Origin: an uncultured Thermoplasmatales archaeon
GTDB lineage: Archaea; Thermoplasmatota; E2; DHVEG-1
Assembly: GCA_964648565.1 (NCBI GenBank)
Contig: CAZYLG010000002.1
Location: 1,245 to 65,244 of the forward strand
DNA length: 64,000 nt
Reading direction: 5' to 3'
Under the pieces are notes generated by a model, which saw only the letters and a program-made list of their open reading frames with translations, ran no database searches and was not told where the DNA came from. Each line of letters begins with the position of its first letter. Within the stretch, counting starts at the first letter, position 1. Shown in pieces: positions 1 to 8,660 of the stretch. Both the position numbers and the translations under genes were made by a program.

Positions 1-2737
1 GAGGTGAAACAAAAATATATGCTTCCTGGCCTTCATTATCAAGCCCGTAACCATCTATGACTGAATAAAGATCATCATAAACTGTTGTAAGCCATTGTTT
101 TTTGAGGTCAAGTCCAACAGGTGGGAGTGTTTGATCATTTGTAAGATAATGCCATATCAAATCAAACAATGTTGGCGGATTATTTATGCCTAAGTCTTCT
201 TGCATCATTGGAAGATGTCCTAATGACCGACAGCCGTGATAATAATCGCCTGTATATTCACGGAATGCTTGATACATATCAATAGTATTGTAAGCTGTTT
301 TAGCTTCAGCGATATTAATGATTGGACCACCATGATATGAAGCAATCATTGCAGATGGTGCGAAATAACCATCGCCTGTTGCAAATGATGTTACTGTTAT
401 GACATTTTCTGAAGAACTATCTTCTTTGATAGTTGATATTACATCTTGAACGGTTGTAAATTCTGTTACGGATCCACTTGGAGAAGCGCTACTTACTTCG
501 TCAATATTCACAAAAAGAATATTTGAAACTCCTAAGGATTGTAATGCATTCGTTGTTTCTTGAGGTATATCCTCCTCTGTAACATAAAGAAGTGGCGCAT
601 GTTTTTGAGATGCGATAACTGCAGCATTAGCGGCTGATAAACCAGCTGAAACTCGTTTTTGATCATGTTCCCGAATCGAAGCTTTGATATGAAATGTTCC
701 ATCAAAAGAAGCATCCCACGTATCCAGATTTAAATATGGAACAACCAATGCAGTCCAAGTACCTTGCATTGGATTATTTATTTCAACCGAATACTCTGTA
801 TGCGGGTCAATAATTAAATGACGATACTCATCTTCATCATGATCCCAGTGACCACCATTCCACTGGTAAAGATCTTTAATTTCTCCACCGTTCCAATGAG
901 GATACCGAGGTCTTCGTACATTTCCTTCAGGATCGATAAGATAAGCAATTAAATTTGATTCCTCTTCAGTTGAAAGAGTGACTTTTAAACTACTATCAGC
1001 TGGACCAATATCAATTGAATGTCGGCTGCCACTATATTTTACAATATTAAGTGCTTCTAAACCAGAATCATCTGTTACAAAAGGCATCCAAATACCAGGC
1101 TTTGTTATTGGGAAAAATGTATCTTTATCTTTTCCAGGTGTTCTAGACTCATGAGGCCACCAATCAGCCATAAATGATTCGTAACGGGGAGTAAGCACCA
1201 TCGTATCTCCTTCAAATTGATCACCTTCTGTTTCAAGATGGATTGCACCCCACTGTGAACCAATGTACATTATCTTTGCAAACGAATCTGAGGATATTTC
1301 ATTTAATTCATCTGGAAGAACCCGAGTTGATTCTTTAGTACAGGTATAAGATACATCTTCATCGATGACGGTATTAATCGTGTCTTCAAAATCGCTTCCA
1401 TCAACAGTTAATACAGCTGTATCTGAGGATGTCCAGTGTTCTAACGCAATTTCAGCTGCAGCATTTATCGGATCGGATGGAACAGCATATTCAGTTGGTG
1501 TTAAACCATGACGATCTAAATAAGCATTCCAATCTTCAAGCAAATATTGGGTTGTATCATCAATAGATGCAAACCAATTTGGAACATCATCATTTCCTTG
1601 ATACACAATAGGTGAAACGTATCGTTTCCCATCTTCTACATAATTTGCAGCAGGAATAGCTGAAATGTAGGAGTATTCATCTTTTGTACTTTGCTGATCA
1701 TCTTGAACTACAAAAGTTTGAGCAACAGGGTTAATTTGATGTTGCAATGGTTTTAATGATGGTGGTGATTGAGCAGATCCTCCAATGGATAACTCTAGTT
1801 CGTATACTCCTGAACCATAAAGATAATAATTATCTGGCCATTTGGTTTCATCCCATCCAGGGAAGATATCAATTTTTATTTTCCAGGTTCCAGACATATC
1901 AGCCGGATATTCTAAAGAATCTTCGCCATAATACTGCTCAGAATGAACGTGTTCATCATTTGGATTATAAAGGTGAATATCAAAATCTGATTCCTCTTTT
2001 GTAGTGAGGTCTACGAATATACCTTCTCCACTTGATACGTCGAAACTATACCAGTCTTCCCAGTCGTCTGAATCTAGATAACCGTCATATGTTCCTGGAG
2101 AAATTTTTGTGGGTGAGTTTATGGAATTCCCAGCATCTGAGCCCGTTTCCGCATCATTCTGACCGTTCAATTCAATAGAGAATGTATACTCCGCAGATTG
2201 ATCATTTGATGAATAAATTTTTATGAAATACAATCCCGTATAATCTGTTGTCCCTCCGCTTTCAAAAATCTCTTCTTCTTTATCGATCAATTCAATAGTG
2301 TATGGTGCAGATGAGGAGAGGGAATAAGTTATCACTTGTCCTTCACATGCCATGAATCGATAGCAATCCGCATCGTCTCCGCTACCAGGATCCAAGGTAC
2401 CTGTCCTTCCTCTTCCAGGTATTCGTTCATTTGGTGGTTCTCCAACGTATATCTCATAAGATCGACGAAGACTATCACCAACATCAACATTGTATCCAAT
2501 ATCATTTTCATAATCTGCTACTTTTGATTCCTCAATCGGAATGTATCTCATGTTGTCAATTGTTTTTGTAATATCAATTGAATATGTTGATTCCGTATCA
2601 TCAAAATTAAATTCCATATCTTCAGATTTAATTTCCGTATTTCTTTGAATTGAATTAACTGTTAACGATGGAAGAACTAGCATTATACTAACAGCTATTA
2701 TGAAAAAACCTGCCTTTTTCATTCCTATATACTTCAT
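1..2737 (-). CDS. Large secreted protein, partial (3' end runs off the window, >910 aa visible). Signal peptide, two PPC-type (pre-peptidase C-terminal-like) modules, and a cell-wall-binding-repeat-like segment. Possibly a protease or adhesin.
   Basis: Absent from the ORF track because no stop lies in the window. Minus-strand translation from ATG 2737 (MKYIGMKKAGFFIIAVSIMLVLPSL...) stayed open in every stretch I checked (1-720, 1141-1320, 1741-1860, 2041-2160, 2340-2737). Motifs seen: DIGYNVDVGD...CYRF, ETGSDAGNSINSPTKISPGTYDGYLDSDDWEDWYSF, SAGLSAANAAVIASQKHAPLLYVTEEDIP. Confidence 0.6.
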   Translation of the reverse strand, partial: MKYIGMKKAGFFIIAVSIMLVLPSLTVNSIQRNTEIKSEDMEFNFDDTESTYSIDITKTIDNMRYIPIEESKVADYENDIGYNVDVGDSLRRSYEIYVGEPPNERIPGRGRTGTLDPGSGDDADCYRFMACEGQVITYSLSSSAPYTIELIDKEEEIFESGGTTDYTGLYFIKIYSSNDQSAEYTFSIELNGQNDAETGSDAGNSINSPTKISPGTYDGYLDSDDWEDWYSFDVSSGEGIFVDLTTKEESDFDIHLYNPNDEHVHSEQYYGEDSLEYPADMSGTWKIKIDIFPGWDETKWPDNYYLYGSGVYELELSIGGSAQSPPSLKPLQHQINPVAQTFVVQDDQQSTKDEYSYISAIPAANYVEDGKRYVSPIVYQGNDDVPNWFASIDDTTQYLLEDWNAYLDRHGLTPTEYAVPSDPINAAAEIALEHWTSSDTAVLTVDGSDFEDTINTVIDEDVSYTCTKESTRVLPDELNEISSDSFAKIMYIGSQWGAIHLETEGDQFEGDTMVLTPRYESFMADWWPHESRTPGKDKDTFFPITKPGIWMPFVTDDSGLEALNIVKYSGSRHSIDIGPADSSLKVTLSTEEESNLIAYLIDPEGNVRRPRYPHWNGGEIKDLYQWNGGHWDHDEDEYRHLIIDPHTEYSVEINNPMQGTWTALVVPYLNLDTWDASFDGTFHIKASIREHDQKRVSAGLSAANAAVIASQKHAPLLYVTEEDIPQETTNALQSLGVSNILFVNIDEVSSASPSGSVTEFTTVQDVISTIKEDSSSENVITVTSFATGDGYFAPSAMIASYHGGPIINIAEAKTAYNTIDMYQAFREYTGDYYHGCRSLGHLPMMQEDLGINNPPTLFDLIWHYLTNDQTLPPVGLDLKKQWLTTVYDDLYSVIDGYGLDNEGQEAYIFVSP

Positions 2738-2993
2738 TGTTTAATACCCCCTTTTTTTATATTTCTGCTATGTTTTATTCGAATTTCTATCAAATAAACT
2801 CATATAATATATAGAAATAATTAATATAAAAGTTTTTGTTTAGTTTTTTTTAGGTCAAAAGAAAAATATATTCTTAAAACATGAACAAATGTTCAATTCA
2901 ATAAAAATCATTTTCAAAATATAATCTTGTTAAAATAAATACTCGCCCTGATGCATTACTAAATTAATAATTCCATCATTTTTTCTGAAAAAT

Positions 2994-3644
2994 TTATTGA
3001 AGGGAAATAACTTCATGAGATAATGAGGCTGGAGTGGTGAAACCAATAATTCCCGGGGCTCCTTCTTCACCGATGACTTGTCCAAAAACGTCAACTCTCG
3101 GAGCAATTTTATTGAATAATTGATTTGCATCTAAAGATATAACCACATGATCTCCATAATTGATGATGGGGTTTGTTTGCAAACAGGATTCATCTGCATC
3201 TTGTAGGACGATGATGCCGAAATGAGTGTCATTTCCGAAATCTGCGTTAGTAAAAATGTTTCCATTTATCGAAGATTGGTTGGTATAATTATTTGAATAT
3301 CGTAATACTTTCTTGGTATCGGAATCTGAGATTTCAACAATGGTTTCTCCAAGATCAATGTCGGGTGAACCAGCTTTTGCAGTTAGTTCTATTGCAAGTT
3401 TATCAATTTGTCCTGAACTATTATGTCCACAAATTGCATCAACAGTTATGCCACTAGAAACAACATTAATTGTTTCTTGTCCTGTTTTTAATGCTTGCAT
3501 TTCAAGAATTGTGCTGGTTTGAACAAGAACTGATGCTGCTATTCCAGCGACAAGGACCATGGCGATAAATACGATTAATACTCCAATTCCAATTGCTGCA
3601 TAATCGTAATGATCAGATGGTGATGATGGTGGTAGTGGTGACAT
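2994..3644 (-). CDS. Archaellin (archaeal flagellin)-like protein. Start uncertain: ATG 3644 or GTG 3728.
   Basis: The hydrophobic N-terminus AAIGIGVLIVFIAMVLVAGIAASVLVQTS...LKTGQET...SSGI matches the archaellin N-terminal domain. The C-terminus RVDVFGQVIGEEGAPGIIGFTTPASLSHEVISLQ is shared with the giant paralogue at 29349-32555. Confidence 0.7.
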   Translation of the reverse strand: MSPLPPSSPSDHYDYAAIGIGVLIVFIAMVLVAGIAASVLVQTSTILEMQALKTGQETINVVSSGITVDAICGHNSSGQIDKLAIELTAKAGSPDIDLGETIVEISDSDTKKVLRYSNNYTNQSSINGNIFTNADFGNDTHFGIIVLQDADESCLQTNPIINYGDHVVISLDANQLFNKIAPRVDVFGQVIGEEGAPGIIGFTTPASLSHEVISLQ

Positions 3645-3870
3645 CCCAAAGTCCAATAGGAAAAGATTCCGGGGTCTTTTTAAGGGTTGTTCGTATGTAT
3701 GTCTGTAATTACGTATGTATGAATTCACGCTGGTTCATATGCAAGTATTAACTCATTTTCTAAAAATATTTTAGATTTTCTTATTTTTCTGATATTAGTC
3801 TATATTGTGAAAAAAACGTTAATATTAGTTTTTTAAATTTAACATTTTATGTTTTATTTCTTTTTCATGT

Positions 3871-4494
3871 TTATTTTTTGAATACTTTTTTCATTCCCTT
3901 TATGTAATAAGTAGTATGCCAAAGAATGTGATAACCAGAAATCCACATGAAGAAAAATGAGGTGTAACTGTGCAATTCAATGAAATTAATGCTTATTTCT
4001 CTTAATGGGGGAAAATCAACCATGAGGATGAGGAGTACACCGGTGATTGCTGATGGCATGAAAAAGATGAGAAGGAGGATATTCCATAGGATTTTTTCTT
4101 TCATTGTTGAAAGCAATTGTTTTTTTGTAAGTATTTTGGTGGTAATGATTCCTAATGCTGTGATGAGAAACGATGTGATAAGAATGATTATGTTTTTGTT
4201 TGTAAGAATTGATTTTTCTGTTATTGTTTCTTCTCTTAAAAGTTGTTCTTCAGTTGTTGATGTTTCGTTGTTTTCTACTTCTTGATTTTGAGAAGTTGCA
4301 GGATTTGGTTGGGATTGATCACAGATTCCATCATTGTTGGTATCGAGGTATCTACCGCAATCACCCGGGTATTCATCATTTATTATGCCAAAAGGGCAGT
4401 TGTCCCAAGCAAGAAGTGTTGGACTGGTCATTAAAAAGAAGAATAGGGTGATTGTTAAGCATGTTGATATGAAGTGTTTTTTTAAAAAATTCAT
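3871..4494 (-). CDS. Membrane protein with an N-terminal signal, a Cys motif and a C-terminal multi-TM region. Function unknown.
   Basis: ORF track. Motif [30 protein letters not shown] follows a signal-like N-terminus. It is followed by an acidic linker and then hydrophobic helices with His/Trp ([10 protein letters not shown]). Confidence 0.5.
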   Translation of the reverse strand: MNFLKKHFISTCLTITLFFFLMTSPTLLAWDNCPFGIINDEYPGDCGRYLDTNNDGICDQSQPNPATSQNQEVENNETSTTEEQLLREETITEKSILTNKNIIILITSFLITALGIITTKILTKKQLLSTMKEKILWNILLLIFFMPSAITGVLLILMVDFPPLREISINFIELHSYTSFFFMWISGYHILWHTTYYIKGMKKVFKK

Positions 4495-4656
4495 TGATTT
4501 GTTCCTCGTTTAATCTGTGTTTTCCTAATATGTTGTTATTCGCCATATTTATAATTAACGCGTGTTAATGATATGTGTTGGTGGTTTTTGAACCGACCAT
4601 TAAAAAAAGGAAAAAACACTTAAACTATATAAAATATATAGAAAAACTGAGGATAG

Positions 4657-5583
4657 ATGAAGATGAACGTAAAAGAAGTATTTTTATCTTTATTAATGCT
4701 GTTTATTCTTGTATTTGCAGGATGTACTGAAAATCAAGAAACCGATCAAGATACCGATGATGATGTATCAGCTGCAGTAACTACAATTCATATCACTGAT
4801 GCTCCAGTTGATGATTTTTCTTCAGTAATTATCACTTTTTCAATGGTAAAAATCCATAGTAATGAGACTGGGTGGACAAATATTACCATTGATGAAGAGA
4901 ACAGAACACTTGATCTGTTGAATCTTCATTTAAACAATATCACTGAATCACTAACATCCATAGACCTACCCAGCAGCAATTACACGAAATTATGGTTGGT
5001 TATTGACAATGCAACTGGCATCCTAGAAGGATCAACAGAAGAAATTAACATTAGTGTACCCTCTGATACATTAAAAATTCAACAACTCTTTAAACTCACA
5101 GAAGGAACTAATGACATAACCTTAGATATTGATCTTAACGCATCCATTCATAGTTATAAGGGTGGTGAAGCCTACAAGATCCTACCTGTTTTAGGTGGAA
5201 TTATGCACAAACATAATAATCAACTACAATTCAAAGAACAAGATAAGAACAAATTAAAAAATAAGGTTGAAAACAGAAAACCAGTTGTTACCATCATAGT
5301 AAACAATGAAATCACCCATCATATTAATGTAGGGGTCAACGAATCAATTACATTTAATGCAACAGAAACCTTTGACCCAGATGGAAATGAATTATTGTAT
5401 TATTGGGATTTTGATGATGGGAATACCAACACCAGTCAAGAAACAAATCATTCCTTCTCAGAGAAAGGATCATATCAAGTCACCCTCACGGTTAGTGAAG
5501 ATTCAGCAAATGGACTTGAAGAAACAGATAAAATTACTGTTACCGTAAAAGAAACTGGCAAAGGAAACGGTAATGGAAATTAA
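4657..5583 (+). CDS. Lipoprotein with a DUF4382-like domain and a C-terminal PKD domain
   Basis: Lipobox-like LVFAGC after a hydrophobic leader. HITDAPVDDFSSVIITFSMVKIH...LDLLNL resembles DUF4382. ITFNATETFDPDGNELLYYWDFDDGNT...GSYQVTLTVSEDS is a PKD signature. Confidence 0.7.
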   Translation: MKMNVKEVFLSLLMLFILVFAGCTENQETDQDTDDDVSAAVTTIHITDAPVDDFSSVIITFSMVKIHSNETGWTNITIDEENRTLDLLNLHLNNITESLTSIDLPSSNYTKLWLVIDNATGILEGSTEEINISVPSDTLKIQQLFKLTEGTNDITLDIDLNASIHSYKGGEAYKILPVLGGIMHKHNNQLQFKEQDKNKLKNKVENRKPVVTIIVNNEITHHINVGVNESITFNATETFDPDGNELLYYWDFDDGNTNTSQETNHSFSEKGSYQVTLTVSEDSANGLEETDKITVTVKETGKGNGNGN

Positions 5584-5736
5584 TAAAAAATCATAACCTT
5601 TCCTTTTTTCTTATTTTTCCATACTAACTCATTTTTCCTAAAAAATTAAATATGTATTCTCCTTAAAAGAAGTACAATTTTGATTCGTTTTTTTAAACGA
5701 TTTTTGTAATAGTTATGTGGTAAACCATTTCAAAAA

Positions 5737-6252
5737 TCAACTAACTAATTTCACTTGAAACAACCAAAAAACAATCATAATAATACTTCCTCGTACAACT
5801 CCGGCACCAATATTAATTAGAATGAAACGCCCTTGTGCTAACGCATATCCTCCTGATTCTTCTTTTGGATTTAATAGCGAAAAGAGATAAAGAGAAACTG
5901 AATCAATCATTAACGGTATGCTCATAATGATGAATAATCCAATATTTCCATATCTAATCACGAATTTTTCACAGTAAGAAAGAATTTTTTTTGTTAATGC
6001 ACTTGACGAATTCATCGTTTTCAGAAATGATCGAATTTTGGCACCGATGATAAAAACAATTCCTGCACCAACACCTTTTCCAATTGCTAAGATTGAAATG
6101 AGAAGAAGTGGAGGGACATTAGGATTAAATAATCCTATTTCAACAGGTATAGGAAGGATTACAGCAGCTAAAATTGTATAAATAAGGAACAGGAATGAAT
6201 AAACAAAAGGATTCTGATATGATTGAGTAAGAATTTCGATGAGATCCATCAT
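5737..6252 (-). CDS. Small polytopic membrane protein (possibly DedA/VTT-like)
   Basis: ORF track. The whole length is hydrophobic helices. The family assignment is weak. Confidence 0.45.
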   Translation of the reverse strand: MMDLIEILTQSYQNPFVYSFLFLIYTILAAVILPIPVEIGLFNPNVPPLLLISILAIGKGVGAGIVFIIGAKIRSFLKTMNSSSALTKKILSYCEKFVIRYGNIGLFIIMSIPLMIDSVSLYLFSLLNPKEESGGYALAQGRFILINIGAGVVRGSIIMIVFWLFQVKLVS

Positions 6253-6492
6253 AAGAAAAGCAAATAAGTTTTCCCTATTTATGCTTTTAAAAACGTTTAT
6301 ACTTCAAATTAAAATGCGGATGACAAACAGTCATCAGATTTTTTGATTCTCTTTATTTGTGAAATTATTTAAACGAGAAATCATATTAACAATGGGGAAT
6401 GATGGTTTCAATCATTAAAAAACATCTATTCAGTTTTTTTTCTTTTTCCAAATTAATCCTCAAATATATTATCGATTTAATTGGAGGATGGT

Positions 6493-8388
6493 ATGACTAC
6501 TCTAGTTACAAACGTTGATAATGACAAAGGAATTGAACTTGCAAATAAGTTAACTTTATCTTATAAAACTATTGCTGATTTTACGTATGATATTGAAATC
6601 TGCAGGGATAATAATGGGAATTGTGTTTATGTAAATCCTGCTTTTGAACAATCTTTGGGTTATCCAATAGAAGAGTACAAACAGGGAAAAATTACTTTTA
6701 AAGATATTGTTCACCCGGATGACCGTCATATTCCTAAGGAATATATGTCTAAACTATTCACTGATAAGGAATTCGATGATATAGAGATTCGATTAGTCCG
6801 TAAAGATAATTCGATTATGTACGCCTCACTTTCGTCCCAACCAATGGTTGATGAAAAAGGTACATATCTCGGACGGAGAACTAGTATTAGGGATATCTCT
6901 CGGAGAAAAAAAGCAGAACAGAAATTAATCGCTTCCAATGAAAAATATATGAGCTTAGTAAACACCATTGGTCTTGGTGTTATTCTTATTGATTCGGATT
7001 TGCGTATTCAATTTGCAAATCCTCAAGCGAAAAAATGGTTTAACTTAAAAAATATTGATCATCATCCTCTTTGCTTCACAGTTATTCAAATTACTGATGA
7101 ACCTGGAATATCTTCTGAATGTCCAACTAAAAAAACATTTGCTGATGGAAAGATACATCAAACGGAGTTTTCAACAACGATTCAAAATAAAAAAAAGGTA
7201 TTCAAGGTAATCTCCACACCAGTTAAAGATAATCTTGGTAATATCTGCTCAGTAATCGAACTCATTGAAGATATCACTTTGGAAAAGCAACAACAAGAAC
7301 AACTCATTGAAACAAAAAACCAATTAGAAGAAATCATAGATAATGCTTCAGAAATCATCATTTCCTTTGATATAAATGATAAAGTGTATTTATGGAATAA
7401 CACCGCAGAACATCTCACTGGTTTTTCAAGACATCAAGTTATTGGAAAATCATTACATAATCTTTCGATTTTTGAAAATCCTTCATTGATTCAGGATGCA
7501 GTAACAGCTCTTAAAGAAGGAAAATTAGTTCCAAAGAATTTGATCACTTTTAAAGATGACTCAGGGAAGAAACGATTATTACAACCGTCTTATTCCCTCA
7601 TATCTGGTAAACATATTAAAGGAGTGTTGTTAGTTGGAACTGATATTACTGAGGATGAAGAAAAACATGGAAAGATTTTACCGGGTCACGGATATTTTTT
7701 ACAAAGTTCAACTAATCAAGACGTTATTCCGGTATTAAGACATTTATTGCATGAAGATAAAAAAGGATTATTTATCTCTCGATTAAAAGAAAAACAATTG
7801 TTTCGAGCTGCAGGATTAAATAATATTGATTATCTTAATCTTGTTTCCTTAAAAAAATCTAGTCGGTCAGATAGGGAGCATTCAATATTTGAAACAGTCA
7901 AGGAACGTGTTAAACAGTTTTGTAATAGGAGTTTGGGTGGTGTGATTTATGTTGATCGTCTTGACTATTTATTGTATCATCATTCTTTTGATGAAACCTT
8001 AAAATTATTATATCAGCTGCATGAATCTGTTTTTAATTCTAATTGTGTTCTTATCGTTCGAGTAAACCCTGAATTATTAACATTAAGACAAATTGCAGCA
8101 ATTCATGAGGAATTTCATCCACTTCCCTCCAGGGATGTTACCACCATTGAGTTAGACGATAAACTATTCTCCATTCTCATGTTTATTAATGAAAAACAAG
8201 AGACTAATTCGATTGTTTCTTTTAAATCAATTAAAAAAGAGTTTTCTATTGTGGATGTAACCGTTAAAAAAAGATTAAAGAATCTTGAAGACGTTGGTTT
8301 GATTTTTATTAAACGTCGGGGAAGAATGAAAACGATTCATATCACTGAAAAAGGACATCATCTTCTTTCAAAACGGGAAATGGTTTAG
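6493..8388 (+). CDS. Cytoplasmic sensor/regulator: three PAS-like domains, DUF835 and a C-terminal winged HTH
   Basis: PAS-like segments: VYVNPAFEQSLGY, IQFANPQAKKWF, YLWNNTAEHLTGFSRHQVIGKSL. DUF835-like: IYVDRLDYLLYHHSFDETLKLLYQLHE...LIVRVNPE. wHTH: VKKRLKNLEDVGLIFIKRRGR. GGAGG at 6483-6487 favours ATG 6493 over the track's TTG 6481. Confidence 0.7.
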   Translation: MTTLVTNVDNDKGIELANKLTLSYKTIADFTYDIEICRDNNGNCVYVNPAFEQSLGYPIEEYKQGKITFKDIVHPDDRHIPKEYMSKLFTDKEFDDIEIRLVRKDNSIMYASLSSQPMVDEKGTYLGRRTSIRDISRRKKAEQKLIASNEKYMSLVNTIGLGVILIDSDLRIQFANPQAKKWFNLKNIDHHPLCFTVIQITDEPGISSECPTKKTFADGKIHQTEFSTTIQNKKKVFKVISTPVKDNLGNICSVIELIEDITLEKQQQEQLIETKNQLEEIIDNASEIIISFDINDKVYLWNNTAEHLTGFSRHQVIGKSLHNLSIFENPSLIQDAVTALKEGKLVPKNLITFKDDSGKKRLLQPSYSLISGKHIKGVLLVGTDITEDEEKHGKILPGHGYFLQSSTNQDVIPVLRHLLHEDKKGLFISRLKEKQLFRAAGLNNIDYLNLVSLKKSSRSDREHSIFETVKERVKQFCNRSLGGVIYVDRLDYLLYHHSFDETLKLLYQLHESVFNSNCVLIVRVNPELLTLRQIAAIHEEFHPLPSRDVTTIELDDKLFSILMFINEKQETNSIVSFKSIKKEFSIVDVTVKKRLKNLEDVGLIFIKRRGRMKTIHITEKGHHLLSKREMV

Positions 8389-8660
8389 TTCTCAGATAAA
8401 ATATATCCATAATTTTTTTTAAGATTTAATTTTAAAGGAATTTTAACACTAATTTAACACTATTTTAAAGATTATTTTTTAATAGATGACTTTAATCTGA
8501 TGGTGGTGGTTGGAAAAGGGGATGTAGTTGCCAATCGAATCACCTACACCTCCAAAGTGGCAATAGAATGAATTTAACTTTTTTCATCCCTTTTTCCCAT
8601 ATTACATTGAAGAGAGAGGAGATGCACGAAAAAAATAGAATGATTTAGGGAGTAATAGGT

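Noticed and set aside
8517-8555. Imperfect hairpin GGGGATGTAG-N16-CTACACCTCC upstream of the MCP operon
   Set aside because: It has one mismatch and one G:T pair in a 10-bp stem, and matches no riboswitch or sRNA motif I recognise. It is noted only as possible 5' UTR structure.
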